Assembly: GCA_031549385.1 (NCBI GenBank)
Contig: JAVBPW010000001.1
Coordinates: forward strand, 192,001-256,000
Origin: Alphaproteobacteria bacterium
GTDB lineage: Bacteria > Pseudomonadota > Alphaproteobacteria > Rs-D84 > SZUA-605
Length of the DNA: 64,000 bases
Direction: 5' to 3'
A program made the position numbers and the translations under genes. Under the pieces are notes generated by a model. That model was not told where the DNA came from. It did not search any database and saw only the letters and a program-made list of their open reading frames with translations. Shown one piece after another: positions 11,361-21,194 of the stretch (its first letter is position 1; each line of letters starts with the position of its first letter).

Positions 11361-11390
11361 TTTAGTTGATTTTTTGAAACTAATCAGATA

Positions 11391-11419
11391 AAAAGGGTGT
11401 ATGAAAATACACTCTTTTT
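11391..11419 (+). terminator. Intrinsic terminator after porin-like gene
   Basis: AAAAGGGTGTAT-gaaa-ATACACTCTTTTT. Confidence 0.7.
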
Positions 11420-11446
11420 GATTAAGAGATTTTAGGGAAGTAGATT

Positions 11447-12883
11447 TTGGAAAATAAGACAGTTGATTTTTTGAAAGAAGTGCCTAAGCACTATGAAGCC
11501 GAACAAGCTTTGCTTGGAGCTATTCTTGTTAATAACAGAGCTTTTGAAAAAGTATCTGACTTCTTGCTCGAATCACATTTTTCCGATGATACTCACAGAA
11601 AAATATACAAAGAATGTTTTAGATTAATTTCTGAAGGAAAACTTGCCGATCCTTTAACACTAAAAATTCGTTTTGAACAATTAAACCAACTTGGTGATAT
11701 TGGTGGATTTGATTATTTAGTTAAACTTGCAGGTGTTGGTATTAGTGCCGTTAATGCAGGCGATTATGGAAGATTGATTTTTGATGCTGCTATTAGACGT
11801 AATTTGATTGATATTGGACAAGAGATAACTAAAGATGCTTTTGACCATGTTAACGGAGTTCCTGGAACTGAACAAATTGAAGTGGCTGAACAAAGACTTT
11901 TTGATTTAGCAACAACTGGAGAATCACAAGGAGATTTAGTTCAACTTAAATCACCTTTAAATGTTGCTTTGGAAAAAATTGAATATGCCTATAAGAAAGA
12001 TGGAAGTACTACTGGTATTTCTACTGGTATTACTGCTGTTGATAATGCAACTGGTGGTATGCACCCTTCTGACTTAGTTATTGTTGCTGCTCGTCCTGGT
12101 ATGGGTAAAACTAATTTAGCTCTTTCATTTGCTATTAATGCTGCAAATGAAGTTCTTAATAAAAGAGCTCCTCACTTTTTAACTGGTCCTGTTGCTTTCT
12201 TTTCTCTTGAAATGAGCCAAGACCAATTAGCTATGCGTCTTTTGTCGTCTCAAGCTGAAATTTCTGGAGATAAAATGAGAAAAGGTAATGTGAACGAAGA
12301 TGAAATTTCTAAACTTTCACAGTATGCAATTGCTATGGCTAATTTACCTATTTATATAGATGATACTCCTGGTATTTCTGTTCCTGCTATTCGAACACGT
12401 GCAAGAAGATTAAAAAGTCGACAAGGGCTTTCTATGATTATTATTGATTATATACAATTACTTTCATCACCTGGTGGAGCAAAAGATAATCGTGTACAAG
12501 AAGTTTCTGAAATTACTCGAGGTTTGAAATTGCTTGCAAAAGATTTGCAAGTTCCTGTGATTGCTTTATCTCAGCTTAATAGATCCGTTGAACAACGTAC
12601 AGATAAGCGACCTTTACTTGCTGACCTTCGTGAATCTGGATCTATTGAACAAGACGCCGATATGGTTATGTTCGTTTATCGTGAAGTTTATTATTTAAAG
12701 AACAATCCACCTTCAACTGATGATCCTGAAAAATTTGCTAAATGGCATGAAAGAGTTCAAAAGTTAGAAAATAAAGCTGAACTTATTATTGGAAAGCAAC
12801 GTCATGGACCTACTGGTACTGTTGATATGGCCTTCATAGGAGAGTATTCTAAATTCTCTGATTGGTACGAAGGTGAAAAATAA
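11447..12883 (+). CDS. dnaB: Replicative DNA helicase DnaB
   Basis: EAEQALLGA, AARPGMGKT, FFSLEMS, IIDYIQL, ALSQLNR, DLRESGSIEQDAD, KQRHGPTG. Confidence 0.98.
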   Translation: MENKTVDFLKEVPKHYEAEQALLGAILVNNRAFEKVSDFLLESHFSDDTHRKIYKECFRLISEGKLADPLTLKIRFEQLNQLGDIGGFDYLVKLAGVGISAVNAGDYGRLIFDAAIRRNLIDIGQEITKDAFDHVNGVPGTEQIEVAEQRLFDLATTGESQGDLVQLKSPLNVALEKIEYAYKKDGSTTGISTGITAVDNATGGMHPSDLVIVAARPGMGKTNLALSFAINAANEVLNKRAPHFLTGPVAFFSLEMSQDQLAMRLLSSQAEISGDKMRKGNVNEDEISKLSQYAIAMANLPIYIDDTPGISVPAIRTRARRLKSRQGLSMIIIDYIQLLSSPGGAKDNRVQEVSEITRGLKLLAKDLQVPVIALSQLNRSVEQRTDKRPLLADLRESGSIEQDADMVMFVYREVYYLKNNPPSTDDPEKFAKWHERVQKLENKAELIIGKQRHGPTGTVDMAFIGEYSKFSDWYEGEK

Positions 12884-13002
12884 TCTATTTTGGCTGCGAA
12901 GCAAAAGGATTATAAAATCGCTTCACAATCACATAGCGTCAGTATGCTCATGCGAATCAATTTTATAATACTTCCGTTCTCTCTCAAAATAAATTATTTT
13001 TC
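12875..13002. repeat. ~130 bp imperfect palindromic element (RPE/MITE-like or structured RNA)
   Basis: Nested inverted repeats: GAAAAATAATCTATTTTG/CAAAATAAATTATTTTTC (17/18), ATTATAAAAT/ATTTTATAAT (10/10), TTCACA/TGCGAA, CATA/TATG. Confidence 0.7.
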
Positions 13003-13073
13003 CTATTTTATTAAATAGCAAATATTGTAACTGGAGCGTTGACGTTTGAAATCGATTTTGCTATCTTAATTGC

Positions 13074-15245
13074 ATGGATAATATTTATAAAGTATCTTTA
13101 AATTTGGCTATAAATGAACCCTATGATTATAAGATTATGGGCGAATTAAAAATTGGTCAAGTAGTGCTTGTTCCACTTCGTGGAAAAAAGGAATTTGGAA
13201 TTGTTTTAGAAAAAGATAATCCATCAGTTGATATAAAAAAAATTAAACCTATTACATCTTCATATGAATATATTCTTTCTCCAAAACAAATTGAGTTTTT
13301 AAAATGGGTTGCTAATTATACTATGTCTCCTATTGGCATGATTGTTAATATGAGCATTCCTGAAAAAGATGTTTTTGAAGTAGTAAAAAAAGAAAAACTT
13401 TATAACCTTAAAGAAAACTTTGTATTAGCACGAGAAAATGAAACAAGAATAAAACTTATTAATTTTTTAAAAAATTATCGTCAAAATTTATCTATACACG
13501 AAATGAGCTTAAAAGCTAAAGTTCCTGTATCGACTATAAAAAACCTTATAACTTTCGGTGTTTTAGAAGAAAAAGAAGAGAAAGATCAAGATGAAATAAT
13601 TGATCATGATATAAAAACAACAGATTTTTCATATCTTAATGAAGAACAAAGAAAAGCTTATGACGCTGTTAAACATACTAAAGATTTTAAAACTTTTTTA
13701 ATTAATGGGGTAACTGGAAGTGGAAAAACAGAAGTTTATTTTGCTGCTATTGCTGATCAATTAAATTCAGGTAAGCAAGCTTTAATTATGCTTCCTGAAA
13801 TTTCACTGACTGCTCAATTTTTAGAAAGATTTAAAAAAGTATTTGGAATTTATCCTACTCTTTGGCATTCTGGACTTCGTAAAAAAGAGAGAAGAGTTAA
13901 TTGGAAAAATATTTATAACGGTAATGCAAAAATAATTGTTGGAACCCGTTCTTCTTTGTTTTTACCTTTTAAAGATTTAGGACTAATTGTTGTTGATGAA
14001 GAACATGATGGTTCATATAAACAAGAAGATATAGTTTTATATAATGCTCGTGATATGGCTGTTATGAAAGCTAAGATAGAAAATGTGCCTATTATTCTTG
14101 CATCTGCTACACCTTCTCTTGAAACATTAGTTAATTGCGAATCAGGAAAAATGACTGAATTGCATTTGCTTAAAAGACATAATGAAGCTGTTATGCCTGA
14201 TGTGTTTTTAATTGATATGAAACAAAATAAACCTCAGAAGATATTAAATAAAAAATCATGGCTTTCAGATATGTTTGTTGGTGAACTTGCCCAAACACTA
14301 TCAAGAGGGGAACAAGGAATAGTTTTTTTAAATCGCAGAGGTTATGCTCCTCTTGTTATTTGTGAAAAATGTGGTCATAAAGAAAAATGTGATGACTGCG
14401 ATAGCAATATGGTGTTACATAGCAATCAATATGGTGAAAAAATGATTTGTCACCATTGTGGTAAAAGCAGACAAATTCCTCATGTGTGCTCTTTTTGTAA
14501 TGAAGAAAATTCATTTAACTTGTCAGGGCCTGGAATCGAGCGAATTGCTGAAGAACTTAAATTTAGATTTCCTAAAAATAATATACTTATTCTTTCCACT
14601 GATACATCATCTGGATTTTCAGATATACAAGAAGCTGTGGCAAAAATAGAAAATAAAGAAGTAGATATTATTATTGGAACTCAAATATTAACCAAAGGCC
14701 ATAACTTTCCTTTAATTACTTTTGTTGGAATAGTCGATGGAGATATGAGCCTTATGGGAAATGACTTTCGAGGAGCAGAGAAAACTTTTTGTTTGCTTGA
14801 ACAAACTAGTGGACGTGCGGGACGATATGAAAAACCAGGAAAAGTTTTTATTCAAACTTATCAACCTGATAATATAGTTATGCAAGCGCTTTTGAAAAAA
14901 GATAAGCATATGTTCCTTGAATTTGAAAAAGATGCCAGAAGAGCATTAGAAATGCCACCATATGGAAAATTAGCTTCCATTATTATTTCTGGAACTGATA
15001 AAAATATTTTAAATCAATTTTGTAATGAATGTGCGAGGATTATTCCTAATAACCCTAATGTTAAAATATATGGTCCTATGATTGCACCTATATCTTATTT
15101 GCGAGGAAAATATAGAATGAGATTTTTGGTTCAAACTACTAAAAATACTAATATGCAAAATCTTATTTCATCGTGGCTTGGAGGTAAAAAAACACCTTCT
15201 TCAATCTCATTAAAAGTAGATATTGACCCATATTCTTTTACATAA
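13074..15245 (+). CDS. priA: Primosomal protein N'
   Basis: GVTGSGKTEVY, PEISLT, VDEEHD.SYKQ, SATPSLE, FLNRRGY, four CxxC pairs, GRAGR, DIDP terminus. Confidence 0.97.
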   Translation: MDNIYKVSLNLAINEPYDYKIMGELKIGQVVLVPLRGKKEFGIVLEKDNPSVDIKKIKPITSSYEYILSPKQIEFLKWVANYTMSPIGMIVNMSIPEKDVFEVVKKEKLYNLKENFVLARENETRIKLINFLKNYRQNLSIHEMSLKAKVPVSTIKNLITFGVLEEKEEKDQDEIIDHDIKTTDFSYLNEEQRKAYDAVKHTKDFKTFLINGVTGSGKTEVYFAAIADQLNSGKQALIMLPEISLTAQFLERFKKVFGIYPTLWHSGLRKKERRVNWKNIYNGNAKIIVGTRSSLFLPFKDLGLIVVDEEHDGSYKQEDIVLYNARDMAVMKAKIENVPIILASATPSLETLVNCESGKMTELHLLKRHNEAVMPDVFLIDMKQNKPQKILNKKSWLSDMFVGELAQTLSRGEQGIVFLNRRGYAPLVICEKCGHKEKCDDCDSNMVLHSNQYGEKMICHHCGKSRQIPHVCSFCNEENSFNLSGPGIERIAEELKFRFPKNNILILSTDTSSGFSDIQEAVAKIENKEVDIIIGTQILTKGHNFPLITFVGIVDGDMSLMGNDFRGAEKTFCLLEQTSGRAGRYEKPGKVFIQTYQPDNIVMQALLKKDKHMFLEFEKDARRALEMPPYGKLASIIISGTDKNILNQFCNECARIIPNNPNVKIYGPMIAPISYLRGKYRMRFLVQTTKNTNMQNLISSWLGGKKTPSSISLKVDIDPYSFT

Positions 15246-15270
15246 AAAACCGGCATTATGCCGGCTTTTT
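15244..15270. terminator. Bidirectional terminator between priA and OMP gene
   Basis: AAAAAA-CCGGCA-tta-TGCCGG-CTTTTT. Confidence 0.75.
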
Positions 15271-15284
15271 AGTTAATTTTATAA

Positions 15285-16055
15285 TTAGAATTCAACCCCA
15301 ACTCTCATACCAAAAGTTGTTTCATCTTCTTCTGCTTCTGCATCATATGCAATATAGCCTGATAACATGATATTTGATTTTATAGAATAATTTAACTTTG
15401 TGCCAAAAATTGTTTTATCAAGCACATTTTCTTGAGATTCATAACGATCTAATGAGAAGTTTAATGATACTAAATCTTCTACTAATTGAAATGCAACTTC
15501 TGCTCCAATATTTAATGCTGATAAATCATCCCCATCAAGATAGTGTCCATTTAATCTTGGATCAGAAAAGTAATAATTATATCCAAATCTTGCCGCAATC
15601 AAAATTGACTTTCTGATTTTTTCTCCTAATCGTACTCCTAAATAAAGTGAGTTATCACTTTTTCCATAGCTTGTTGGATTCTGCTCAAACACTTGTCCAT
15701 GAGCATATTTTTTTGAAATATTTGTGCTGAATCTTGTTTCAATATCAAATTTGAATTTTTCATCTATTACACGGAAATTAGCTCCAACTAATAAATCTGA
15801 TAATGATTGATCTTCACCCATTATTTTGTCACCAAATGATAGACCTAATTTTTGATAAACCATTATATTTTTTGTTATTCCATATCCAAATTCTTCACCA
15901 AATACTACATCTGTGTGATTGTGTGTTGGAATTTCTATTATACCTTTAGCATAGAACTTTCCTTTTGTTGTCATATATAATGGATTTTCTAAATTAACAG
16001 CGAAAGCAGGTGTTATGAAAGATCCAGCGATCGCTAATAGTAAATATTTTTTCAT
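15285..16055 (-). CDS. Outer-membrane beta-barrel protein, paralogue of 10344..11360
   Basis: Signal peptide (AFA), C-terminal Phe, shared ENP[FL]Y...FY[SA]K and E..GYGI motifs. Confidence 0.7.
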   Translation of the reverse strand: MKKYLLLAIAGSFITPAFAVNLENPLYMTTKGKFYAKGIIEIPTHNHTDVVFGEEFGYGITKNIMVYQKLGLSFGDKIMGEDQSLSDLLVGANFRVIDEKFKFDIETRFSTNISKKYAHGQVFEQNPTSYGKSDNSLYLGVRLGEKIRKSILIAARFGYNYYFSDPRLNGHYLDGDDLSALNIGAEVAFQLVEDLVSLNFSLDRYESQENVLDKTIFGTKLNYSIKSNIMLSGYIAYDAEAEEDETTFGMRVGVEF

Positions 16056-16071
16056 CGTATTCCCCTTTTAT

Positions 16072-17406
16072 TTATTCGTAACTTAATAAGTGCACGAACT
16101 TAATGAACTTTTGATTTAAAAGAGCAAATTGAGTATCTATATCATTTTTCTTTGCAAGAAAACGATCAAGCTCTGCGTCTTTCAAATTGCTTATAGATGG
16201 CATCTTTACAGTAATTGGATTTACATGAACACCATTTTTAATTATTTCATAATGTAAATGAGGGCCTGTTGAAATTCCAGTTGAACCTACATATCCTACT
16301 ATTTGACCTTGCTTTACACGAGTTCCTGAAACTACTCCACTTTTAAAGCTACTCATATGAGCATAAGCAGTTGCATATGAACCATTGTGGCGAATCTTTA
16401 TATAATTACCATATCCACCTTTTGTGCCTCTGAATTCTACTACACCATCACCTGCTGCTGGAATTGGAGTTCCTGAAGGTGCTGCAAAGTCTACACCTTT
16501 ATGTTGTCTTGTAAATCCAAGAACTGGGTGACGACGTGATCCGTATGATGATGAAATTCTTGCTCCGTTAATAGGTGTTTTCTTTAAAGCTTTTTGTGCT
16601 CCATTTCCTTTAGAATCATAATAACCTACTTTACCATCTTCTGTTGTATGTCGATAGATTTCTATTGGTTTAAAATAACTTTTGTAGTTTCCATAAATTA
16701 ACGCACCTTCACCAATATATGTTCCATTTGGTGAATATTTTTCTTCATATAAAATTGAAAAAGTGTCCCCATCTCTTACATCACGAGCAAAGTCTAAATC
16801 GAAAGCAAAGATATCATAAAATGCTGCAATAATGTTATATGGGATATTTTGAGCTGATGCTACTTCAATAAAACTTTGACCTTGGCCAATAGTTCCTTCT
16901 TTTCTTACTAATTTTGTTGTTGCTGTTTGAGTTTTCTTTGATGATACAAAAACATCACCTGATTTTGATGTTTGGATTTTTTCAAGTTGAGAACGAATTA
17001 TTTCTAATTTTACTACATTGATAGTATTTTGTTCACCATCTTGATAATAGATTACTATCTTATCACCAATTTTATTTTTCTCACTTGGTTGCAATGTTCT
17101 TATGTCAAATACACCTTTAAATGATTCCAAAATTTCTTTTGTCTGTTCTTGTTGAACACCTGCTTTTAACATAAGGGAAGAAAATGTATCACCTGATACA
17201 ACTGTTAATTCAATTTTTTTTGATTGAACAAGAGTTGAAAGAGATGAAAAGAATTTTTTACTGCTTTCTTTTTCCTCGTTAGTTGGTGTAGTTGGAGTTG
17301 ATATAGACTCCTTTGATGGAGATACTATAAAAATTAATACGCTAACAATCCCTATTAAAATACTGAGGGAAATATATTTGATGTACTTTTGGACAAACTT
17401 TTTCAT
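16072..17406 (-). CDS. M23 family peptidoglycan DD-endopeptidase (MepM-like)
   Basis: N-terminal TM, RISSSYG.RRHPVLG, HKGVDFAAP.GTP, YAHMS, STGPHLHYE. Confidence 0.93.
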   Translation of the reverse strand: MKKFVQKYIKYISLSILIGIVSVLIFIVSPSKESISTPTTPTNEEKESSKKFFSSLSTLVQSKKIELTVVSGDTFSSLMLKAGVQQEQTKEILESFKGVFDIRTLQPSEKNKIGDKIVIYYQDGEQNTINVVKLEIIRSQLEKIQTSKSGDVFVSSKKTQTATTKLVRKEGTIGQGQSFIEVASAQNIPYNIIAAFYDIFAFDLDFARDVRDGDTFSILYEEKYSPNGTYIGEGALIYGNYKSYFKPIEIYRHTTEDGKVGYYDSKGNGAQKALKKTPINGARISSSYGSRRHPVLGFTRQHKGVDFAAPSGTPIPAAGDGVVEFRGTKGGYGNYIKIRHNGSYATAYAHMSSFKSGVVSGTRVKQGQIVGYVGSTGISTGPHLHYEIIKNGVHVNPITVKMPSISNLKDAELDRFLAKKNDIDTQFALLNQKFIKFVHLLSYE

Positions 17407-17447
17407 GAGATTTATTATACCACTTTATTTTGAAAAATTCAACAATT

Positions 17448-17858
17448 CTATGCAGATTCCATTAATTTTTTTGCACTTTCTTGTATGTTTTTGATTAATG
17501 AGATAATTCCATTTTGGCGAGCACTGGTAAGGAGTTCGTTTAAGCCTAGTTCTTTTAAAAGATTCATAAAATCAAATTCTAAAATTGTTTCTGGAGTCTT
17601 GCCTTCAACTGTTATATGAAAAATATATAACACTCCATTTAAAATTTGCGAATCTGAATAAAAATAGCTTTTTATTTTATCGTTATCTTTTATTAAAATA
17701 GAATAAACTTTTGATGAACATCCTTGAACTAAACATTCATCTTTTTTACATTCTGTTGGAATTACTGGAAGTAATTTTGCTAAATCTAGTAAATAATTAT
17801 ATTTATCTTCTGTTGTTTCCAGATATGAGAAATTTTGTTTTAATTCTTGTAGTGTCAT
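17448..17858 (-). CDS. sufE: Cysteine desulfuration protein SufE
   Basis: DKYNYLLDLAK.L, VQGCSSKVY, SDSQI, L.SARQNG. Confidence 0.88.
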   Translation of the reverse strand: MTLQELKQNFSYLETTEDKYNYLLDLAKLLPVIPTECKKDECLVQGCSSKVYSILIKDNDKIKSYFYSDSQILNGVLYIFHITVEGKTPETILEFDFMNLLKELGLNELLTSARQNGIISLIKNIQESAKKLMESA

Positions 17859-18220
17859 ATTAAATCCAAATCAAATTTTGCGCTCTCAGACATCATAGAA
17901 ATATCCCAAGCTGGTTCATAAGTTAATTTTACAGATACAGTTCCTACATTTTTTAAATCTGAAACTGCTAATGCTACTAATTGTGGCATTATATCTGCAT
18001 ATGGGCAAGTTGGAGAAGTTAGAGTCATTAAAATATCTACATCACCATTTTTCTTTAGGTCTATATTGTAAATTAAACCAAGTGAATATAGGTCTATGCC
18101 AACATCTGGATCTTGAACTGTTTTTATAGCATTAATTATTTGTTCCTTGTCAGAAATTGGTTTTATATCTGGAGGAATTTTTTTTTCTATAAAAGCTGAC
18201 GGAAGCGGTTTATTTGTCAT
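17855..18220 (-). CDS. Fe-S cluster assembly protein, DUF59/SufT family
   Basis: VQDPDVGIDLYSLGLIY, MTLTSPTCP, LTYEPAW...MSE.AK. Confidence 0.9.
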   Translation of the reverse strand: MTNKPLPSAFIEKKIPPDIKPISDKEQIINAIKTVQDPDVGIDLYSLGLIYNIDLKKNGDVDILMTLTSPTCPYADIMPQLVALAVSDLKNVGTVSVKLTYEPAWDISMMSESAKFDLDLI

Positions 18221-19361
18221 AACCTAAGACCTTTAAAGCTTGTTTTAATTTTTCTGTTGCTTTTTTTATATCATCTTCATCATTATATACACCAAAAGAA
18301 ATTCTTAAAGTCGATGGGATTTTTAAATAATGATGCAATGGAGCACAACAATGAGTTCCACTTCTTATATATACTCCCATATTTCCTAATAAAAGAGAAA
18401 TATCATAGGAAGCTATTTTATCAAAATAAAAACATATACAACCAGCTTCTGGCTCGCCTACTATTTTGGCGCCTAATGACAAAAGTTCTTTTTTTGCTTT
18501 TGATACTAATTTTTTTGAATAGGACAAATCTTGCTTGTTTAAAAATTCTATTGCTGATTTTAATGATATGATTTCTGGTATAGCTAATGTACCTGCTTCA
18601 TAAACTTGTGGCGATGATACAAAATTTGGAATATTGTCTTTTACATCACTTACTGTTCCACCACCTGTACGGTAATTGTTTTCAAAAGGTTCTTTAGAAT
18701 ATAAAATTCCTACCCCAAATGGACCATATATTTTATGAGCAGAAAAAACTAAGAAATCACAATCCAAATCTTTTACATTGATTTTTTCATTAGCGATTAA
18801 TTGGGTTGCGTCTATTAAAATTTTAGCACCGTAAGTGTGTGATAAACGAATCATTTCTTTTATTGGCTGAATTCGACCTATACAATTAGAAAAACCGGTT
18901 ATTGATACAAATTTTACCTTGTTTTTTGATAAAAGTTCTTTGAAATTTTTTAAATCTATATCACCATTTTCATCCAATTTACAAACTAATAAATTATTTT
19001 TGAATTTTGTTACAAATGGAAGATAGTTTGAATGATGTTCCAAATAACTTACTAATATTTTTTCATCTTTTTTTAGATTTATTGATAAAGATACAAAATT
19101 AATTCCATCTGTTGCTGATTGAGTAAATATTATATTTTCATCTTTACATGATAAATAATTTGCAACAGCATTTCTTGTTTCATTTATGGCAGATTGATTT
19201 TTTGAAGCTAATAGGTATGATGACCTTGAAACATTACTTGTATTTATATAGGCATTATTTAAAGCTTTTAATACAATTTCCGGCTTTTGAGTGGTTGCTG
19301 CTGAATCTAAATAAACCAAATCGTTGTTTTTAAAAAATGGAAACAATTCTTTTTGGGTCAT
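18210..19361 (-). CDS. sufS: Cysteine desulfurase SufS family
   Basis: YLDSAATTQKP, EHHSN, FSAHKIYGP, EAGT, RSGTHCCAP. Confidence 0.93.
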   Translation of the reverse strand: MTQKELFPFFKNNDLVYLDSAATTQKPEIVLKALNNAYINTSNVSRSSYLLASKNQSAINETRNAVANYLSCKDENIIFTQSATDGINFVSLSINLKKDEKILVSYLEHHSNYLPFVTKFKNNLLVCKLDENGDIDLKNFKELLSKNKVKFVSITGFSNCIGRIQPIKEMIRLSHTYGAKILIDATQLIANEKINVKDLDCDFLVFSAHKIYGPFGVGILYSKEPFENNYRTGGGTVSDVKDNIPNFVSSPQVYEAGTLAIPEIISLKSAIEFLNKQDLSYSKKLVSKAKKELLSLGAKIVGEPEAGCICFYFDKIASYDISLLLGNMGVYIRSGTHCCAPLHHYLKIPSTLRISFGVYNDEDDIKKATEKLKQALKVLGYDK

Positions 19362-19453
19362 TTTTCCGAGTCCTTTTATTTTGTATTGACATCTGGTTCT
19401 ATTTAGAATAATGTAGTGAGAAATTATTAAAAATCAATAAAAAAGAGAGGTTT

Positions 19454-19765
19454 ATGATGGTACACACAACTAATGCTAATACTTTTGAAAATGATACAAA
19501 AAGTGGTATAGTCCTTGTTGACTTTTGGGCTGAGTGGTGTGGACCTTGCAGAATGATGCATCCAGTGCTTGAAGAAATTTCTGAAGAACTTCCTAATGTA
19601 GTGATTTTTAAGCTTAATATTGAAGAAAACAAAGAATTAACTTCTGCTTTTAAAATTATGTCTATTCCTGCTTTCCTTTTGTTCAAAGATGGCAAACACA
19701 TTGATACCCTTATTGGTGGACATGATAAAGAAGAAATGATTGATTGGATCAATCAGAACGTTTAA
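19454..19765 (+). CDS. trxA: Thioredoxin
   Basis: VDFWAEWCGPC and SIP motifs. Confidence 0.96.
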   Translation: MMVHTTNANTFENDTKSGIVLVDFWAEWCGPCRMMHPVLEEISEELPNVVIFKLNIEENKELTSAFKIMSIPAFLLFKDGKHIDTLIGGHDKEEMIDWINQNV

Positions 19766-19789
19766 GCAGATTTAAAAAGGGGAATTACC

Positions 19790-20224
19790 ATGATGAACGA
19801 TAAATTAACAGAATTGCCTAACGGATATATACCTTCTGAAAAAGAAGAATATATGAATGTTAACCAACTTGAATATTTCAGACGTAAATTATTTTCTTGG
19901 AAAGAAGAAGTTTTAAATAATTCAAAAGAATCTTTTGAAGAATTAAAAGATAATAATGAAGCTGGTGGAGATTCTAAAGATGAAGGCGATAGTGCTGACA
20001 GTGAAACAAATCGTCAATTGAGTTTAAGAAAAATTGATAGAGATAATAAGCTTATTAAACAAATTGATTCTGCATTAGATAGAATTAAAAATGGTACTTT
20101 TGGATATTGTATCGTAACTGGTGATAAAATCGGTATTGCACGTTTAGAAGTTAGACCTATTGCAAAAATGACAATAGAAGCTCAAGAAGAACACGAAGAA
20201 CAAGAAAAGTTTAGAGAAGATTAA
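19790..20224 (+). CDS. dksA: RNA polymerase-binding factor DksA (single-Cys type)
   Basis: EEYMN..QLEYFR.KL, DEGDSA coiled-coil tip, GTFGYC.VTG..IG..RLE.RP. Confidence 0.93.
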   Translation: MMNDKLTELPNGYIPSEKEEYMNVNQLEYFRRKLFSWKEEVLNNSKESFEELKDNNEAGGDSKDEGDSADSETNRQLSLRKIDRDNKLIKQIDSALDRIKNGTFGYCIVTGDKIGIARLEVRPIAKMTIEAQEEHEEQEKFRED

Positions 20225-20610
20225 TATTCTATTATAACAAAAGAAACTACTGTTTCTTTTTCATCAGATAATGAAAGGTGTATTTTTGCACCTTTTATTT
20301 TTTTTGATACATATTTTTTAGTATTTCCTAATAACTCAATTGATGGAGCTCCTAAATCATCATGAATGATTTGAATTTCTTTAAAACAAATATCACCTCT
20401 TATCCCTGTTCTAAGCGCTTTTGAAAAAGCTTCTTTTACACAGAATAATTTTGCTATTTGTCGGGTTTTGGCATCATTTGTTTTTAATTCACTTATTTGT
20501 TTTACTTCTTTTTGGGATAATATTCTTGATGGAAAAAAATCTTTATGTTTCTTAAAAACTTTTTCAATTCTTTCTATTTCAACTATGTCAGTTCCAATCC
20601 CATATATCAT
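20221..20610 (-). CDS. acpS: Holo-ACP synthase
   Basis: GIGTDIVEIERI, KEAFSKAL.TG, HLSLSDE. Confidence 0.95.
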   Translation of the reverse strand: MIYGIGTDIVEIERIEKVFKKHKDFFPSRILSQKEVKQISELKTNDAKTRQIAKLFCVKEAFSKALRTGIRGDICFKEIQIIHDDLGAPSIELLGNTKKYVSKKIKGAKIHLSLSDEKETVVSFVIIEY

Positions 20611-21194
20611 TTCTTTTTACCTTGCTTGTTTTTTAAATAGCTTTTTCTAAGTTCTTGATATTTTTTTATATTAAAGCATGAAATTTTATAACTTACTATA
20701 TATGTTATTATAACCAATGGAATACATCCAATCAACATAGGAAACCAAATTTTAAATACTTCTGTTTTAAATAATATATAATCAAGATTTAATATAGACT
20801 TTATGAATGAACCAAATAATTCTATAAATATTAAAGGTGTTGGAAATTGTTCCAATCTGTATGATGGCATGATTAATATTCCTGTCATGTATATTAAATA
20901 CCATATAAATGGAAATGTTATTGGATTTCCTATTAGGGAACTTATATAAGCTGCAATTATATTTCCTCTGAATATTAAACAAAGAATCGAAATTATACCC
21001 ATATGAAGACCTATAAATGGGGTAAATGATACCGCTATACCAAAAGCTATTCCTTTTGCTATTGTAGATTCTTTATCTGATATTCTTGCTATTGTTAAGG
21101 CGTGATATTTTGTCGTACGAAAAAAACCCATTTTGGGATATATATAATTTCTTACTCTTTCCCAAAAATGAAGTGGTTCTTTTCGTTTAAACAA
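20607..21194 (-). CDS. DUF2062 family membrane protein
   Basis: IAKGIAFG...FTPFIGLH...IGNPITFP. Confidence 0.85.
   Translation of the reverse strand: MFKRKEPLHFWERVRNYIYPKMGFFRTTKYHALTIARISDKESTIAKGIAFGIAVSFTPFIGLHMGIISILCLIFRGNIIAAYISSLIGNPITFPFIWYLIYMTGILIMPSYRLEQFPTPLIFIELFGSFIKSILNLDYILFKTEVFKIWFPMLIGCIPLVIITYIVSYKISCFNIKKYQELRKSYLKNKQGKKK

Noticed and set aside
12875-13002. 6S RNA call for the long hairpin
   Set aside because: Shorter than typical 6S, overlaps the dnaB stop, no clear promoter and no ygfA neighbour; left as a palindromic element pending cmscan
19399-19752. 117-aa minus-strand ORF
   Set aside because: Antisense shadow of thioredoxin
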